A DNA stretch of 64,000 nt from Octopus vulgaris (Eukaryota): NCBI GenBank assembly GCA_951406725.2, contig OX597833.1, positions 54,994,001-55,058,000 of the forward strand, written 5' to 3'. The notes under the pieces are model-generated. The model worked only from the letters and a program-made list of their open reading frames with translations, did no database searches and had not been told where the DNA came from. Shown piece by piece: positions 24,921-37,745 of this stretch. The translations under genes were made by a program, and so were the position numbers. Position 1 is the stretch's first letter. Every line of letters begins with the position of its first letter.

Positions 24921-25071
24921 TGGCGTTAGGAAGGGCATCCAGCCGTAGAAACACTGCCAGATTTGACTGGGCCTGATGAAGCCTTCTGGCTTCACAGACC
25001 CCAGTAGAACCATCCAACCCATGCTAGCATGGAAAACGGACGCTAAACAACGATGATGATGATGATGATGA
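24921..25071 (+). mobile_element. Family C short 3' end inserted in (TA)n
   Basis: TGGCGTTAGGAAGGGCATCC...GGACGCTAAAC followed by (GAT)n. Confidence 0.85.
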
Positions 25072-25624
25072 TATATATATATATATATATATAAGAGGGA
25101 TGACATGTTATTGGACATCCATTATGCTAGAAGAAGATCCTCTATGGTCTTAGCACTAAGAAAGGAATGTTCTCAAGAAAATTTAGCAAACACCAGAGCG
25201 TAAACGTAAGACCATAGCTGATCTTCTTCTAGCATAATGGATGTCCTCTTACAGGTCATCCTTCTTATATGTATGTAATATAATTTTTTCTGAAACTTCA
25301 GATTTTTAAATATGCTAGACCACTGGTTTTAAATTGATATTAATCAAATTCATAATTCAATTTTTCACCCTTATTATTTTAAATTATATATATATATATA
25401 TATTGTTGTATTTTGGAATGGTCATTTTGCCAGTTTAGCCAATAAAAACACACGCACTATATATTTGGTGTTACTTTGCTTCAGTGTTATTTATTTTTTA
25501 CATTAATCTTAATCTTATTTCGGCCAGAGTTCTTTCGAGACACTCCTGGCTAAACTGGCAAAATGACCATTCCGAAATACAACAATGTCTGTTTCAACAC
25601 ACGACTTCACATAAAAAATCTTGC

Positions 25625-25671
<47 letters not shown>

Positions 25672-25789
25672 TGGTTGTCTACTCCTTATGCAGAGTCTGA
25701 CCACCTCCTGTACCTACACCATAGATCCATCATGGCATCTGAGGTGGATTTTTAAACAAGACAATGATTTGAAAAGGTCGCACATCGAT

Positions 25790-26438
25790 TGCATGTCTGA
25801 TTTGCACCACTAAGAGCTGCAGTTAAATTCTGATCTTTGTGGATCTTAAACTGTCTTTTGAGGCCTCTGTTTGTTTTTGAAAGTAGTGGTTTTCTGATTG
25901 CAGTCTTCCGTGAAATGCGACGTTGTACAGCTCCCAGCAAACAGTTTTTGTGGAAACTGGGTTCTCGAGGTAGTCATCTAGCTCTGCAGTAATTTTGGGA
26001 GCTGTACTTTTATGATCCTTTCTAACAACTTGCATAAGACTCCGACGGCCCCTATCTCAAAGTTTTGGTTTTTTTCTGAAATTTTGTTTCGACCAGGAGC
26101 TTATTTCCTCTTTCTCAAAGACTGTCATTACTTTCAAGACAGAACCTCTTGATACACCAAACATTTTGGCTGTTGTCGTTATGCTAGCACCTGCCTTATG
26201 AGTACCAACGATTTGACCTCTTTGAAAGTCCGATAGATCTGTCATTTTAATGAATTTTAATTACCTTTTTCTGATGATATCTGAAAAGAAACAGCAATTT
26301 TAGCAAAACATATTAAACAACACTAATAATAAATAAAAAAAAACATAAAAATAAACAAGCTTTTGACAGTTTTATAGATATTTCAAAATTATGATGCTAT
26401 GATGCTAAGTGTTTCCATTATTTTGACCAACCCGTGTA
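25790..26438 (-). pseudogene. Tc1-like transposon relic: left TIR and frameshifted transposase N-terminus
   Basis: MTDLSDFQRGQIVG..AGASITTTAKMFGVSRGSV is a paired-like HTH, followed by TAPKITAEL..PVSTKTV and AIRKPLLS. The minus-strand terminus reads TACACGGGTTGGTCAAAATAATGGAAACAC. Confidence 0.88.
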
Positions 26439-26907
26439 TTTATATATAATACTGAAATGGCTCTCTTACTGCTCAGAGTTTCCGGAGTGTTGCTAATCAT
26501 GTAATTGATTTCTGTTTATTCACAGTAGTTATAGCAAACTTAAAAGTTATGGTGGTGGTGGTGGGGGGGGGATAAGTTATTGAAGTAAAAACATTAAAAA
26601 AAAAATCAAAAAAAAAAAAGTTATGCGTAAGAGAGTTAAATCAAAAAGCGTATGGGTGTGTATGTTCATGTACATACTTTGCAAGTGCACGCATATATGC
26701 AAGTCCACAAGCATATTCACTCAAGTGCATATATAGAGTATGCTATTGACAAACATACATATCCGAGACAAACATTGATAATAACGATTATTTGTTTCTT
26801 GCGGTCTACCTCCTGTAATTCAAACAAATTTCGTCAATCTATCTGTTTGTCCACAAAGACACACATATATCTTTATCTACATGCATGTATGAATTCATGT
26901 GTGCATA

Positions 26908-26909
<2 letters not shown>

Positions 26910-26960
<51 letters not shown>

Positions 26961-26973
26961 TATATATATGCAG

Positions 26974-27014
<41 letters not shown>

Positions 27015-27089
27015 TATATATATATATGCATATATATATATATATATATATACATATATATGCAGATATATATATATATATATATACAC

Positions 27090-27140
<51 letters not shown>

Positions 27141-27187
27141 TATATATGCAGATATATATATATATATATATACAGATATATATGCAG

Positions 27188-27231
<44 letters not shown>

Positions 27232-27275
27232 TACACATATATATATTTATATGCAGATATATATATGCGCATATG
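26910..27275. repeat. Long (TA)n microsatellite with CA/CAG interruptions
   Basis: Seen directly in the sequence. Confidence 0.97.
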
Positions 27276-27864
27276 TAGATACATTTGCACATACTTTTGT
27301 CTTTGTATTTAGTTGTGAATTTGTGTGTGTATGTCTATGTTTTTAACCAGCTTCCTGTCTATTATACTTGTGTATGTATACACATATATCCATATGTATT
27401 TAATGAAAAAAAAAGCTAATGAAACAATAGTGAAAAAAATTGCAATCGAACTATATGATGTATAAAGATAAATATATTTAAAAAAATATTTATATAATAA
27501 TGTGCACAGTGTCTATAATGTATGTATAATGTATGTATATATATGTATATGGTAGATATATTCAGTAATAAGAGAGATACATGTATTGACTAAATGATAC
27601 ACATAAAATGTAAATAAAATCAAAAAAATATATGTAATATGATATAGATCTTTGAAAAAAAAAAAAATGATGAAAAGAAAAGGCAATAAAATATAAAAAA
27701 TGAAATTAATAAAAGATATTATGTTGGCAAATGTAAATGATGATTTTATTAGATTTAATTTGTAATTTGTAACAGGTTTCGTGAAAACATTTCTGTGAAA
27801 TGTTGATGCAAAAATTTTTCTTGTGAAACATCGTTTTCTTCTGTTGGTTTTATGGGGGTCATCT

Positions 27865-28112
27865 TTACTTTGTTATCTCCCCTACTTTCCCTCTCGTGTG
27901 TGACCCTTCTGTCCGAGTCAGTCGCCATGATAGATCATTAGCCACTACACACGCTCCTTGTTTCTCTCCTTGTTTTTTTCTGTGTCCCTTTCTGTAGAAG
28001 AGCGTAGGCTCAAAACGTAAAAGACTTTTTCTATTCCTAAGCGTTATACTAATACATCTGTTTGTTTTGTTCACCACCTGTCTTCGTCTTTTGTTTTTTT
28101 GTAAACTCTCCC
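27865..28112 (+). mobile_element. Penelope-like element 3'/pLTR remnant with a degenerate hammerhead-like motif
   Basis: CTGTAGAA-GAGC-GTAG-GCTC-AAAACG at 27992-28017, then a pyrimidine-rich tail ending in (TA)n. Confidence 0.5.
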
Positions 28113-28417
28113 TATATATATATATATATATTCATGGTTTTAGCTTGACCACCGCTGGAATTGCCTCAAGAGGCTCTGATCTTTGTCTTAGCACTGAAAC
28201 CAATTCTGACTATATATAGGATCCATTCTTAGGATGTATAATTTCTCTGCTTGGCAGAGTTGATATCCATTAAGACCTGTTGGTGTATGGGGTGACATTT
28301 CATTGACAGACCTGTCTAGTTTAATATTTTGGGGTTTTTATGTCTTTAACCCTTGAGTGTTCAGATTACTTTATCAAATTCAAATTGTTTAGGATTAATC
28401 ATGTATTACCTTGTAAC

Positions 28418-28733
28418 TTATTTAATCGACACTGAAAGGATGAAAGGCTAAGTTGACCCCGGCAGAATTTGAACTCAGAACATAGTGGCAAACGAATTAC
28501 CTATTTCTTTACTACCCACAAGGGGCTAAACACAGAGAGGACAACCAAGAACAGACAAACGGATTAAGTCGATTATATCGACCCCAGTGCGTAACTGGTA
28601 CTTATTTAATCAACCCCAAAAGGATGAAAGGCAAAGTCAATCTCGGCGGAATTTGAACTAAGAATGTAGCGGCAGACGAAATACCACTAAGCATTTCACC
28701 CGGCATGCTAACGTTTCTGCCAGCTTGCCGCCT
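28418..28733 (-). mobile_element. SINE family B plus a partial second unit
   Basis: One full B copy continues through junction AGAAATAGGTAATTCG into a second headless unit. Confidence 0.88.
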
Positions 28734-29979
28734 TAAACATACATACATACATACATACATACGGATGTATACATATCTATTGACATCTCAAATAAATTAA
28801 CTGGTGATGTTGGCAAATATTTAATAGTAAAGTTAATTATATATTTTAATGAGATTTATGTCTGGTGATGTTATATGATCCAGTTTAGCTGTGTGGTCAA
28901 GAAGCTCACTTTGCAATGACATGGTTTCAGGTTCAGTCCTACTGCATGGCAAGTGTCTTCTATTAAAACCTCAGGGCAACCAATGTCTTGTGAATGAATT
29001 CAGTAGTGGAAACTGTGTAGAAGCCTGTTCTCTGTGTGTGTGTGTTTAGTTCCCTGCTTGGTAGCTGATGTTGGTTTGTTTATGTCCCCATAATCTAGCA
29101 GTTCAACAAAAGCGATTGATAAAATAAGCACCAGACTTGAAAACGAAAATCCTGGTTTCAATTTGTTTGACTTAACCCTTTATAGCAGTGCACCAGCATG
29201 GCCACATTCAATGACAGAAGCAAGTAAAAAAAAAAGTTAATAAATGAAAAGAATTATAAAAAGAAGGTAAGTTAAAGAAGTGACAATTAGTATTATCTTT
29301 ACATAAAACCTTCGGTGGCTTAAATTGATTTTATCATTTAAGGGTTGTAGGCTAGGGTCTGAAGGAAAAATTTGAGTTGGGGTAGGATTTCAAAGGGACA
29401 CCATTCAGGTGAGCCAGGATTAGGGAAGCTGTTAGCATTGGGTTTTGAGATTTGAGATAATAATGGCAACAGAAAGTGTTTGGAAATGTGTGTAGGAGGG
29501 CAGAATATGCTGCTCAAGGGAGAAGAAGCTGTCGTAATGATAGATGGAGTAATGTAGTGTTTGGTGGGGGAGGGGTATATTTGTAAGCTGGTGGTTGGAA
29601 CTAGTTGTTGATGGAATCTTTTACCATTCAATCAAATGGGTTTTATTTTCTCTTTTTGTTTTGCACCTTCTTTTGGGTTTGGGTTTAGACTACTACATAC
29701 TGACATTCTATGGAAACCAGGAATTTTGCAAGTGTTATTCTTCTATGATGAAACTATTTTGACATTGTAAGACCAAGCATGAAAAGACAAAAATGAAAGA
29801 AAATAAAGGGCGCTGGGGGTGGGTAGTTGGAGGGGACGGACAGTATGAGTTGCACTGACCACCATCTTGAGATATGTCATTCAATGCCATCACCACCACC
29901 ACCATCTTTGTTTTCAGTCGATTTGAGTCCTGTTGTGGCATCAGTCTCGTGATTACTGATATAAATATATCTACACACA

Positions 29980-30403
29980 CACATCCATCCATCTGTCTAT
30001 CCATCTACCCATCTACCTACCCATCTATCAATCTATTTACCCACCCACCTTCCCATCTATTTATCTAATCCATCTCTATCTTTCCTTGCTCCCACCCCAG
30101 CCATCGACCTCTTAGTAATGCTTGTCTTCATCTACCTACCCATCTATCTATCTATTTACCTATCCACCTACCCATCTATCTATCTATCTACCTACCTACC
30201 TACCTACCCATCTATCTATCTACCTATCCATCCATCCATCCATCTTACCTACCCATCTAGCTATCTATCTATCCATCCATCTATCCATCTTACCTAACCA
30301 TCCATCCATCCATCCATCCATCCATCCATCCATCCATTCATTCATTCATTCATTCATTCATTCATTCATTCATCCATCCATCCATCCATCCATCCATCCA
30401 TCC

Positions 30404-30445
<42 letters not shown>

Positions 30446-30500
30446 ATCTATCTACCTATCTATCTCTATTCTTCCTTCCTTCCATCCTTCCTTCCTCCCC
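29980..30500. repeat. Compound tetranucleotide satellite (CTAT/CCAT/TCAT/CTAC)
   Basis: Seen directly in the sequence. Confidence 0.95.
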
Positions 30501-31321
30501 ACCCAACCACCCCTCAGTAACACTTGTCTTCATTCACAACCCATCTGACATTGCTCTGGTTTTTATAGCAAATGGATCAAATGGCTGTTTTAATACTGAA
30601 GTATTTGTTGTTTAGCGCCAGGTTAGATCTGATTGAGTTTACCTGTGACCAAGGACATTCTGGGCATGACCTTTCTGATTTTTTTTGATTTTTGATTTTT
30701 TTAACTCTTGATATGTAACATTGTGTATTCTGGACCACATTATCCACTACATCCTTTCTTCAAGATGTAGTTTCAGAAGGAACCGGCTGTTATTTCCAGA
30801 AAATCGACTGACCATTTAGAATTTCCATTATTAGTCAAAAGTTTATATTTACACCCCCCCCCACACACACATACGCATATACGCACACATATACACGCGC
30901 GCATGCACATACACACACACACACTTCCATAGGTGCAGGGCTAGCTGTATGATTAAAGAAACTTGTGTTGTAACTCCTTGTTTCTGAGTTCAGTTCCACT
31001 GTACAGCGTTTTGAATGCCTTGTACTGTGACTTCCTGTCAACCAGTTTTGTGTGTGGAATTTCGTTGCGGAAATTGTAGAAACCTGTCGTATATGTGTTT
31101 GAGTTTGTTTTTTTCTTTTGTGTTTGTCAATGCAAACCGGTGTGTCTGTCATTGCATGCCTTTAATGTCAAAGAGTGACTTTGGTAATTTGATTATTAAT
31201 TGTGATTTTTAGAAAATAGGGTGGTAGTGCCAGGGAAGGACAGAAAATAGCTAGACGTAAGTTAAATCGTCATTGGTCATGAGACTGTACCGTATCAGAA
31301 GGTCTCCATATGAATTCAGTT

Positions 31322-31459
31322 GTCATCATCATCACCGTCGTCGTCGTCTTCTTCTTCTTCTTCTTCTTCTTCTTCTTCTTCTTTTTCTTCCTTCTTCTTC
31401 CATCTTCTTCTTCTTCTTCCCCCCTCCTCCTCCTCCTGCCCCTGCTCCTCCTCTGTCTC

Positions 31460-31512
<53 letters not shown>

Positions 31513-31570
31513 GTCTGTCTCCCTCTGTCTGTCTGTCTCTCTCTCTGTCTGTCTCTGTCTTCTCTCTCAC
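31322..31570. repeat. Compound microsatellite (CAT/CGT/CTT/CCT/CTGT)
   Basis: Seen directly in the sequence. Confidence 0.95.
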
Positions 31571-32244
31571 ATACACACATACAGAGTGAGACACAGACAA
31601 ACAGACTGACCATGTGCATTGCATTTGATGAGCTACTTACCCATTCACACACAAGTACACGCACACCATGTGTGCAAGACGACGTGCAAGACAAGAGAAA
31701 AAGAGAAGTTTTAGGAGAGGAGAGAGAGGAAGAAAGAAACATAACGGGGGGAAAGGGAACAAAGATGATTATAGGAGAGTAAGGCCAGTGGCCTGTTTTA
31801 TATAAATAAGAAACCAGTTTAAAGGGCAGTTCTGGCCCCTTGCCACAACTGATAAGGTATCAAGGCAACTACGAGATTTGTTGTTCTTTTGCTCTGGCTT
31901 ATCTTGAATGATAAATATTTTTCCTTTACATACGTATTTTTGTTACTCTTTTATATTTTGTTTTTAAGTCTTTTTTTTTTGTTTGTTTTAAAATTCATTT
32001 TTCGATTACCACCATTGGCTATAGTGATTTGGTTGTTGTTATTGTTGTTGTTGTTATTGTTGTTGTTGTTGCAGTTGTTTAACCCTGGGTCAACTTTGAT
32101 TGAGTATGGCCTCTACAATCAAAGGAAATCCTGTCATGACCATTCAGTTCTTTGTTTTTTTTTTTCCCACCCTTTTTTTTTTCTTCTTAGAAATATAGAT
32201 ACAGGTATGGCTGTATGGTTAAATAGCTTGCTTTGCAAATATCT

Positions 32245-32658
32245 ATTTCTTTACTACCCACAAGGGGCTAAACACAGAGGGGACAAACGTGGACAGACAA
32301 ACGGATTAAGTTGATTTCATCGACCCCAGTGCGTAACTGGTACTTAATTTATCGACCCCGAAAGGATGAAAGGCAAAGTCGACCTCAGCGGAATTTGAAC
32401 TCAGAATGTAGTGGCAGACGAAATACTTATTTCTTTACTACCCACAAGGGGCTAAACACAGAGGGGACAAACAAGGACAGACAAACGGATTAAGTCGATT
32501 ACATCGACCCCAGTGCATAACTGATACTTAATTTATCGACCCCGAAAGGATGAAAGCAAAGTCGACCTCGGCGGAATTTGAACTCAGAACGTAACGGCAG
32601 ACGAAATACGGCTATGCAATTCGCCTGGCGTGCTAATGGTTCTGCCAGCTCGCCGCCT
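32245..32658 (-). mobile_element. SINE family B dimer with TSD, nested in an old SINE A (32203-32965, +)
   Basis: Two tandem B bodies under one head. TSD CTTGCTTTGCAAATATCT at 32227-32244 and 32662-32679. Confidence 0.92.
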
Positions 32659-33563
32659 TGCCTTGCTTTGCAAATATCTTCTGCTGCAGCCTCCAGGCTG
32701 ACCAATGCCTTGTGAGTGAATTTAGTATATGGATACTACATAGAAGCCCATTATACAGATGTAGATATCTTTGTATTTGTTCACTCCACCATACTACTTG
32801 ACAGCCAGTGCTGGTTTGTTTACATCCGCGTAGCTTAGCTTAGCTGTTTGGCATAACATACTGATAAAATAAGTATCAGTCTTTTAAGTCCTGGGAGTGA
32901 TTTGCTTGACTAAACCCTTTAAGGTAGTGCCCCAGCATGGCCAATGACTGAAATAAATAAAAGATTATATCAGGGAGTATCTTATGTAAAGTGAACTTTG
33001 TTTTTGCATGATAGTGAATTGAGATTTAAGCAGGGATTTGGTTGCCATTTCTAACAAGCCAAGTGACAAAACAGAGGTGTGTATAAGAAGAATTGTTGCA
33101 CCCTACTCACCCTACTCACAAGCTTCTTGATGTGAATTCGTGTGTTGGAACAAATCTTGTGTCTAGGGAGGGTCATTCAACCAATAAAAATTTAAATAAA
33201 CACACACTGGTTCAATACCTCTTCATTATATTACCAACTAACTATACAATGGTTTATATTTGCTTAATATGTTGATTAAGCAATCAATCGGTTGTTAGTT
33301 TACTCTGAGTCCTTTTTTTCGCTATTCATGGCCTTCATCAGTGACATGCCCTCGCTCTTCAAGGTCCACTTTGAGTCTGTCTGAGAACTGGTTTTATATG
33401 TGTGTGTGGGTGTATGTGTGTAGTCGGTTGTTTTTTGAATGCATTTGCACCTGTGTGTTTGTTTGCCTTTGTGTGTTCTTTGTATGTGTGAGGGGTGTGT
33501 GGCACTTTTTTTAATAAATGTCTGTATATGTTTGCATCTGTGCATATTTGTATGTGTGTGTGT

Positions 33564-33951
33564 GGAGGCGCAATGACCCAGTGGTTAGGGCAGCGGACTC
33601 GCGGTCGTAGGATCGCAGTTTTGATTCCCGGACCGGGCGTTGTGAGTGTTTATTGAGCGAAAACACCTAAAAAGCTCCACGAGGCTCCAGCAGGGGATGG
33701 TGGTGATCCCTTCTGTAGTCTTTCACCACAACTTTCTCTCACTCTTACTTCCTGTTTCTGTTGTACCTGTATTTCAAAGGGCCGGCCTTGTCACTCTCTG
33801 TGTCACGCTGAATATCCCCGAGAACTACGTTAAGGGTACACGTGTCTGTGGAGTGCTCAGCCACTTACACGTTAATTTCACGAGCAGGCTGTTCCGTTGA
33901 TTCGGATCAACCGGAACCCTCGTCGTCGTAACCGACGGAGTGCTTCCATCC
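33564..33951 (+). mobile_element. SINE family D, tail type 2
   Basis: Head GGAGGCGCAATGACCCAGTGGTTAGGGCAGCGGACTCGCGG..GATTCCC, inserted in (TG)n. Confidence 0.88.
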
Positions 33952-34310
33952 ATGTGTGTGTTCTCGTGTGTGTACGTTTTTGTGTTTATGCATGTGTGTG
34001 GATGTGTATGGTTGTGTACTGGAATTGTTCATAATGCATGAACAGATTATTATTTATTAAAGCTTTACTCATGTGATTATAAAGTAACAAAATAATTAAT
34101 TCTCTGCATCATATCTTTGATTGCATTCCCAATTTGATTGTTTATTTCTTTGTGATTGTTGATGTTTATGATTGTTTATATGTTTATGTAAAGATAAAAC
34201 TAATAGTCATCAACTCTCAGGCTAGTAGAAGTGACAAGCATGTAATATATACTTTCCAACGATGTACTATTTTGACCCTTATTGATATCATCCCGGCTGA
34301 AACTGCCTCC

Positions 34311-34709
34311 TACTCTTTTACTTGTTTCAGTCAGTTGACTGTGGCCATGCTGGAGCGCTGCCTTTAATCGAGCAAATCGACCCCAGGAGTTATTCTTTGT
34401 AAGCCTAGTACTTATTCTATCGGTCGCTTTTGCCAAACCGCTAAGTTACAGGGACGTAAACACACCAGCATCGGTTGTCAAGCGATGTTGAGGGGACAAA
34501 CACAGACACAGACACAGAAACATATACACACATGCACATATATATACGATGGGCTCCTTTCAGTTTCCGTCTACCTAATCCACTCACAAGGCTTCGGTCG
34601 GCCTGAGGCTATAGTAGAAGACACTTGCCCAAGGTGCCATGCAGTGGAACTGAACTCGGAACCATGTGGTTGGTAACCAAGCTACTTACCTCACAGCCAC
34701 TCCTATGCC

Positions 34710-34710
<1 letters not shown>
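34311..34710 (-). mobile_element. SINE family A, full length
   Basis: Colinear match to the A consensus. Confidence 0.92.
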
Positions 34711-34744
<34 letters not shown>

Positions 34745-34756
34745 CATTACCATGCA

Positions 34757-34945
34757 GGGTAAAATACTTAGTGATATTTCGCTTCTCTTTACATTCTGAG
34801 TTCAAATTCTGCCGAGGTTGACTTTGCCTTTCATCCTTTCAGGGTCGATAAATTAAGTACCTGTGAAACACTGGGGTCGATGTAATTGACTAGTCTCTTC
34901 CCCCAAAATTCCAGGCCTTGTGCCTATAGTAGAAAGGATTATTAT
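34757..34945 (+). mobile_element. SINE family B variant (B') with CCAGGCCTTGTGCCTATAGTAGAAAGG(ATT)n tail
   Basis: Same B body with a different 3' end. Similar copies lie near 2520-2660, 45391-45540, 45563-45720 and 53119-53320. Confidence 0.8.
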
Positions 34946-35001
34946 TATATATTACTACTACTACTACCACCACCACCACCACAACCACTACCACCACCAC
35001 C

Positions 35002-35041
<40 letters not shown>

Positions 35042-36168
35042 ATAATAATAATAATAATAATCATAAAATATTTTGAGTTGGCAAAATAAAGTGATGTTAT
35101 TTTATCACAAGGGGGAGAGATTTGATATTTCGACAGAGCCCTTTTGTTAGGTCCCTTTCAAAATGTCAGCTCCCCCCGTCCCTCTCTACAGTAAAGCAAT
35201 TTATACCACAGTGCAAGCCTTAGACTATTCCCAGCATGATAACAATGATGATGATGATGACAACCATCATCATCATCATCATCATCATTGTTGTAGTCCT
35301 TGACACCATCACTGAAGCTGCTCAATTTTGTGTATGTATATATATATCCTGAGGTGTACTATACTGAGTGTAGTTATGAGGCAGTGGGGAAGTAGTCTAG
35401 ATATTTCGAATTGCACGTATGCCCCCAAAATACATAAATAATCAAATAACTGGTCATTAAAAGGTAACGATTATTTCTCCTCCTCGTAAGTGTAATTACA
35501 ATTAATTAAAAAATTGCTTTGCTTACAACATTAAGTATGGTTAACACAGAGACCTTACATTTGTGCTTTCATGCAGAGCATGTCCCTGGGTATTTCATCC
35601 CTCTGCCTTTACCCTTTACATAGGATTCTAATAAAACAAATGTTAAGGAATTAGTTTTAGCTGCTTAAAGGTCAGCACATTCATCGTTGTTGTTTTTAAT
35701 AATTTTAATTGAACTCAGCCACTGCCCACCAACCGATGTTCAAAGAGTTTTTTTTAACGTTTTGATTACACTTTGATACTATCCTGCAAGGAAATTAGTT
35801 CATTAATTAACTAATTAGTACCTGGTGTGCGTGTGTCTGTGTCAAAGACGGTGTTTTATGTAAGCAGAGAACCACGTGGAGCCTTGGTGTCAGCTGTGAT
35901 TATGGTGCTCACTTTATGGTGAAGCTTGTTGTGTCAGAAACCTTATCGGTTTGTGAGCCAATGTAAAAATATACTGGAGATATATGGAATCGTGTCAGAA
36001 GTCTGTCTCCATGCCTGTGTACGTGTGTGTGTGTGTTCTGTGAGTAAACATCATTTGCTTATTTGGTTCAGTCATCTGACTGCTACGATGATTACCTACG
36101 TACCAATGGTTTCACTTGTTTAATATCTATGTATCCAAACACGCAGATATCTGCAAGATCGTCAGCAT

Positions 36169-36320
36169 AGGCGCAGGAGTGGCTGTGTGGTAAGTAGCTT
36201 GTTTACCAAACACATGGTTCCGGATTCAGTCCCACTGCGTGGCACCTTAGCCTTGGGCCGACCAAAGCCTAGTGAGTGTATTTGGTAGGCGGAAACTGAA
36301 AGAAGCCCGTCGTATATATG

Positions 36321-36355
<35 letters not shown>

Positions 36356-36566
36356 TTGTGTGTCTGTGTTTGTCCCCCTAGCATTGCTTGACAACCAATG
36401 CTGGTGTGTTTATGTCCCCGTTACTTAGCGGTTAGGCAAAAGAGACCGATAGAATAAGTACTAGGCTTACAAAAGAATAAGTCCTGGGGTTGAGTTGCTC
36501 GATTAAAGGCGGTGCTCCAGCATGGCCGCAGTCAAATGACTGAAACAAGTAAAAGAAGTAAAAGAG
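36169..36566 (+). mobile_element. SINE family A, full length with a short internal deletion
   Basis: Colinear match to the A consensus, lacking GGCAAGTGTCTTCTACTAT. Confidence 0.92.
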
Positions 36567-36790
36567 TATAGTCTGTCACTTACAAAACAATTTCCAGGAC
36601 TAGATACAGAACGCTCAACCGAAATTGAGCATGTATAAAGTTCTACAAATTATATTCGGGTGTAATTTACAAATGTCTTCACTTTGGCGCGCTGAGGCCA
36701 GAAATTTCAGCAGCCAATTTATGGCGATTTGACGTCTATGTTTAGCATATTAGGTGTCCACTTTAGTGGTCATTCCTCTTAATTTTGTAC

Positions 36791-36823
<33 letters not shown>

Positions 36824-37112
36824 ATGGGTTCCTTTCAGTTTCCATCTATCATATCCACTCACAGGGCTTTGGTTGGCCTGAGGCTATAGTAGAAGAAGAC
36901 ACTTGCCCAAGGTGTCACGCAGTGGGACTGAACCCAGAACTGTGTGGTTGGGAATAAAGCTTCTTACTATATAGCCACACGTTATGTTTTTGCAGGCAGT
37001 GCTTGGGTTGGATATCTTTCCATTTAGGATTTTATGAACCCTGTGTTGACCCTTTTGATGCCAAACCATCTGAGACTGCCCCTGGGTGAATGATACCTAC
37101 CTACTTCCTATT

Positions 37113-37341
37113 TTAACCGTTTGGCCTTGAGATGATTCTGTCGAATATAATGCTCATTCAATCACATTGTTTTGAATGAATCAAGCATCATCTTGTAGCT
37201 TCCAGCTTTTGATGATGTGGTTGTTTACTTTTGGAATGATATTACAGGGTATGTGTGACAGACCAGATCTGACTGGTTTAAGTAAAAATCAGGTAGAAAA
37301 TTTTGGCATGATTATTGTCGGTTTAAATGCCAAAGGGTTAA
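37113..37341. mobile_element. TTAA MITE family F, degenerate
   Basis: Ends TTTAAATGCCAAAGGGTTAA, with internal similarity to the 48338 and 52228 copies. Confidence 0.65.
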
Positions 37342-37404
37342 ATTTGACTAAATTAAAACCTTCCGTCGTAATTTCATGTCAATCATATTCCAAACACCAA
37401 CTGT

Positions 37405-37745
37405 CATCATCATCATCATCATCACCATCATCGTTTAACATCTGCTTTCCATGCTAGCATGGGTTGGACGATTTGACTTGAGGTCTGGCAAACCAGATGG
37501 CTGCACCGGGCTCCAATCTTGATCTGGCAGAGTTTCTACAGCTGAATGCCCTTCCTAACGCCAACCACTCCGAGAGTGTAGTGGGTGCTTTTACGTGCAA
37601 CTGGCATGGGGCCAGTCAGGCGGTACTGGCGATGACCTCGCTCGAATCTTTTTACACATGCCACCAGCACAGGTGCCAGTAAGGCGATGCTGGTAACAAT
37701 CATGCTCGAATGGTGTCTTTTACATGCCACCGGCACAGAGGCCGG
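37405..37745 (-). mobile_element. Family C (RTE-like LINE 3' UTR)
   Basis: (CAT)n tail and conserved C motifs. Confidence 0.85.

Noticed and set aside
26652-27346. IY/YI/VC-rich ORFs (also 23065-23614, 38113-38817 and 43034-43896)
   Set aside because: Translations of (TA)n/(TG)n microsatellites.
29338-29631. Possible Penelope RT fragment on the minus strand
   Set aside because: The resemblance to RPIVS..PT..ISK motifs is too weak to support without a profile search.
33300-33395. Minus-strand peptide-like island (KWTLKSEGMSLMKAMNSEKKDSE / LKVDLEERGHVTDEGHE)
   Set aside because: Poor splice signals and no recognisable homology.
33564-33640. Functional tRNA gene (also heads of SINE A and B)
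   Set aside because: A/B boxes are present, but there is no convincing cloverleaf and each head continues into a repeated SINE body.
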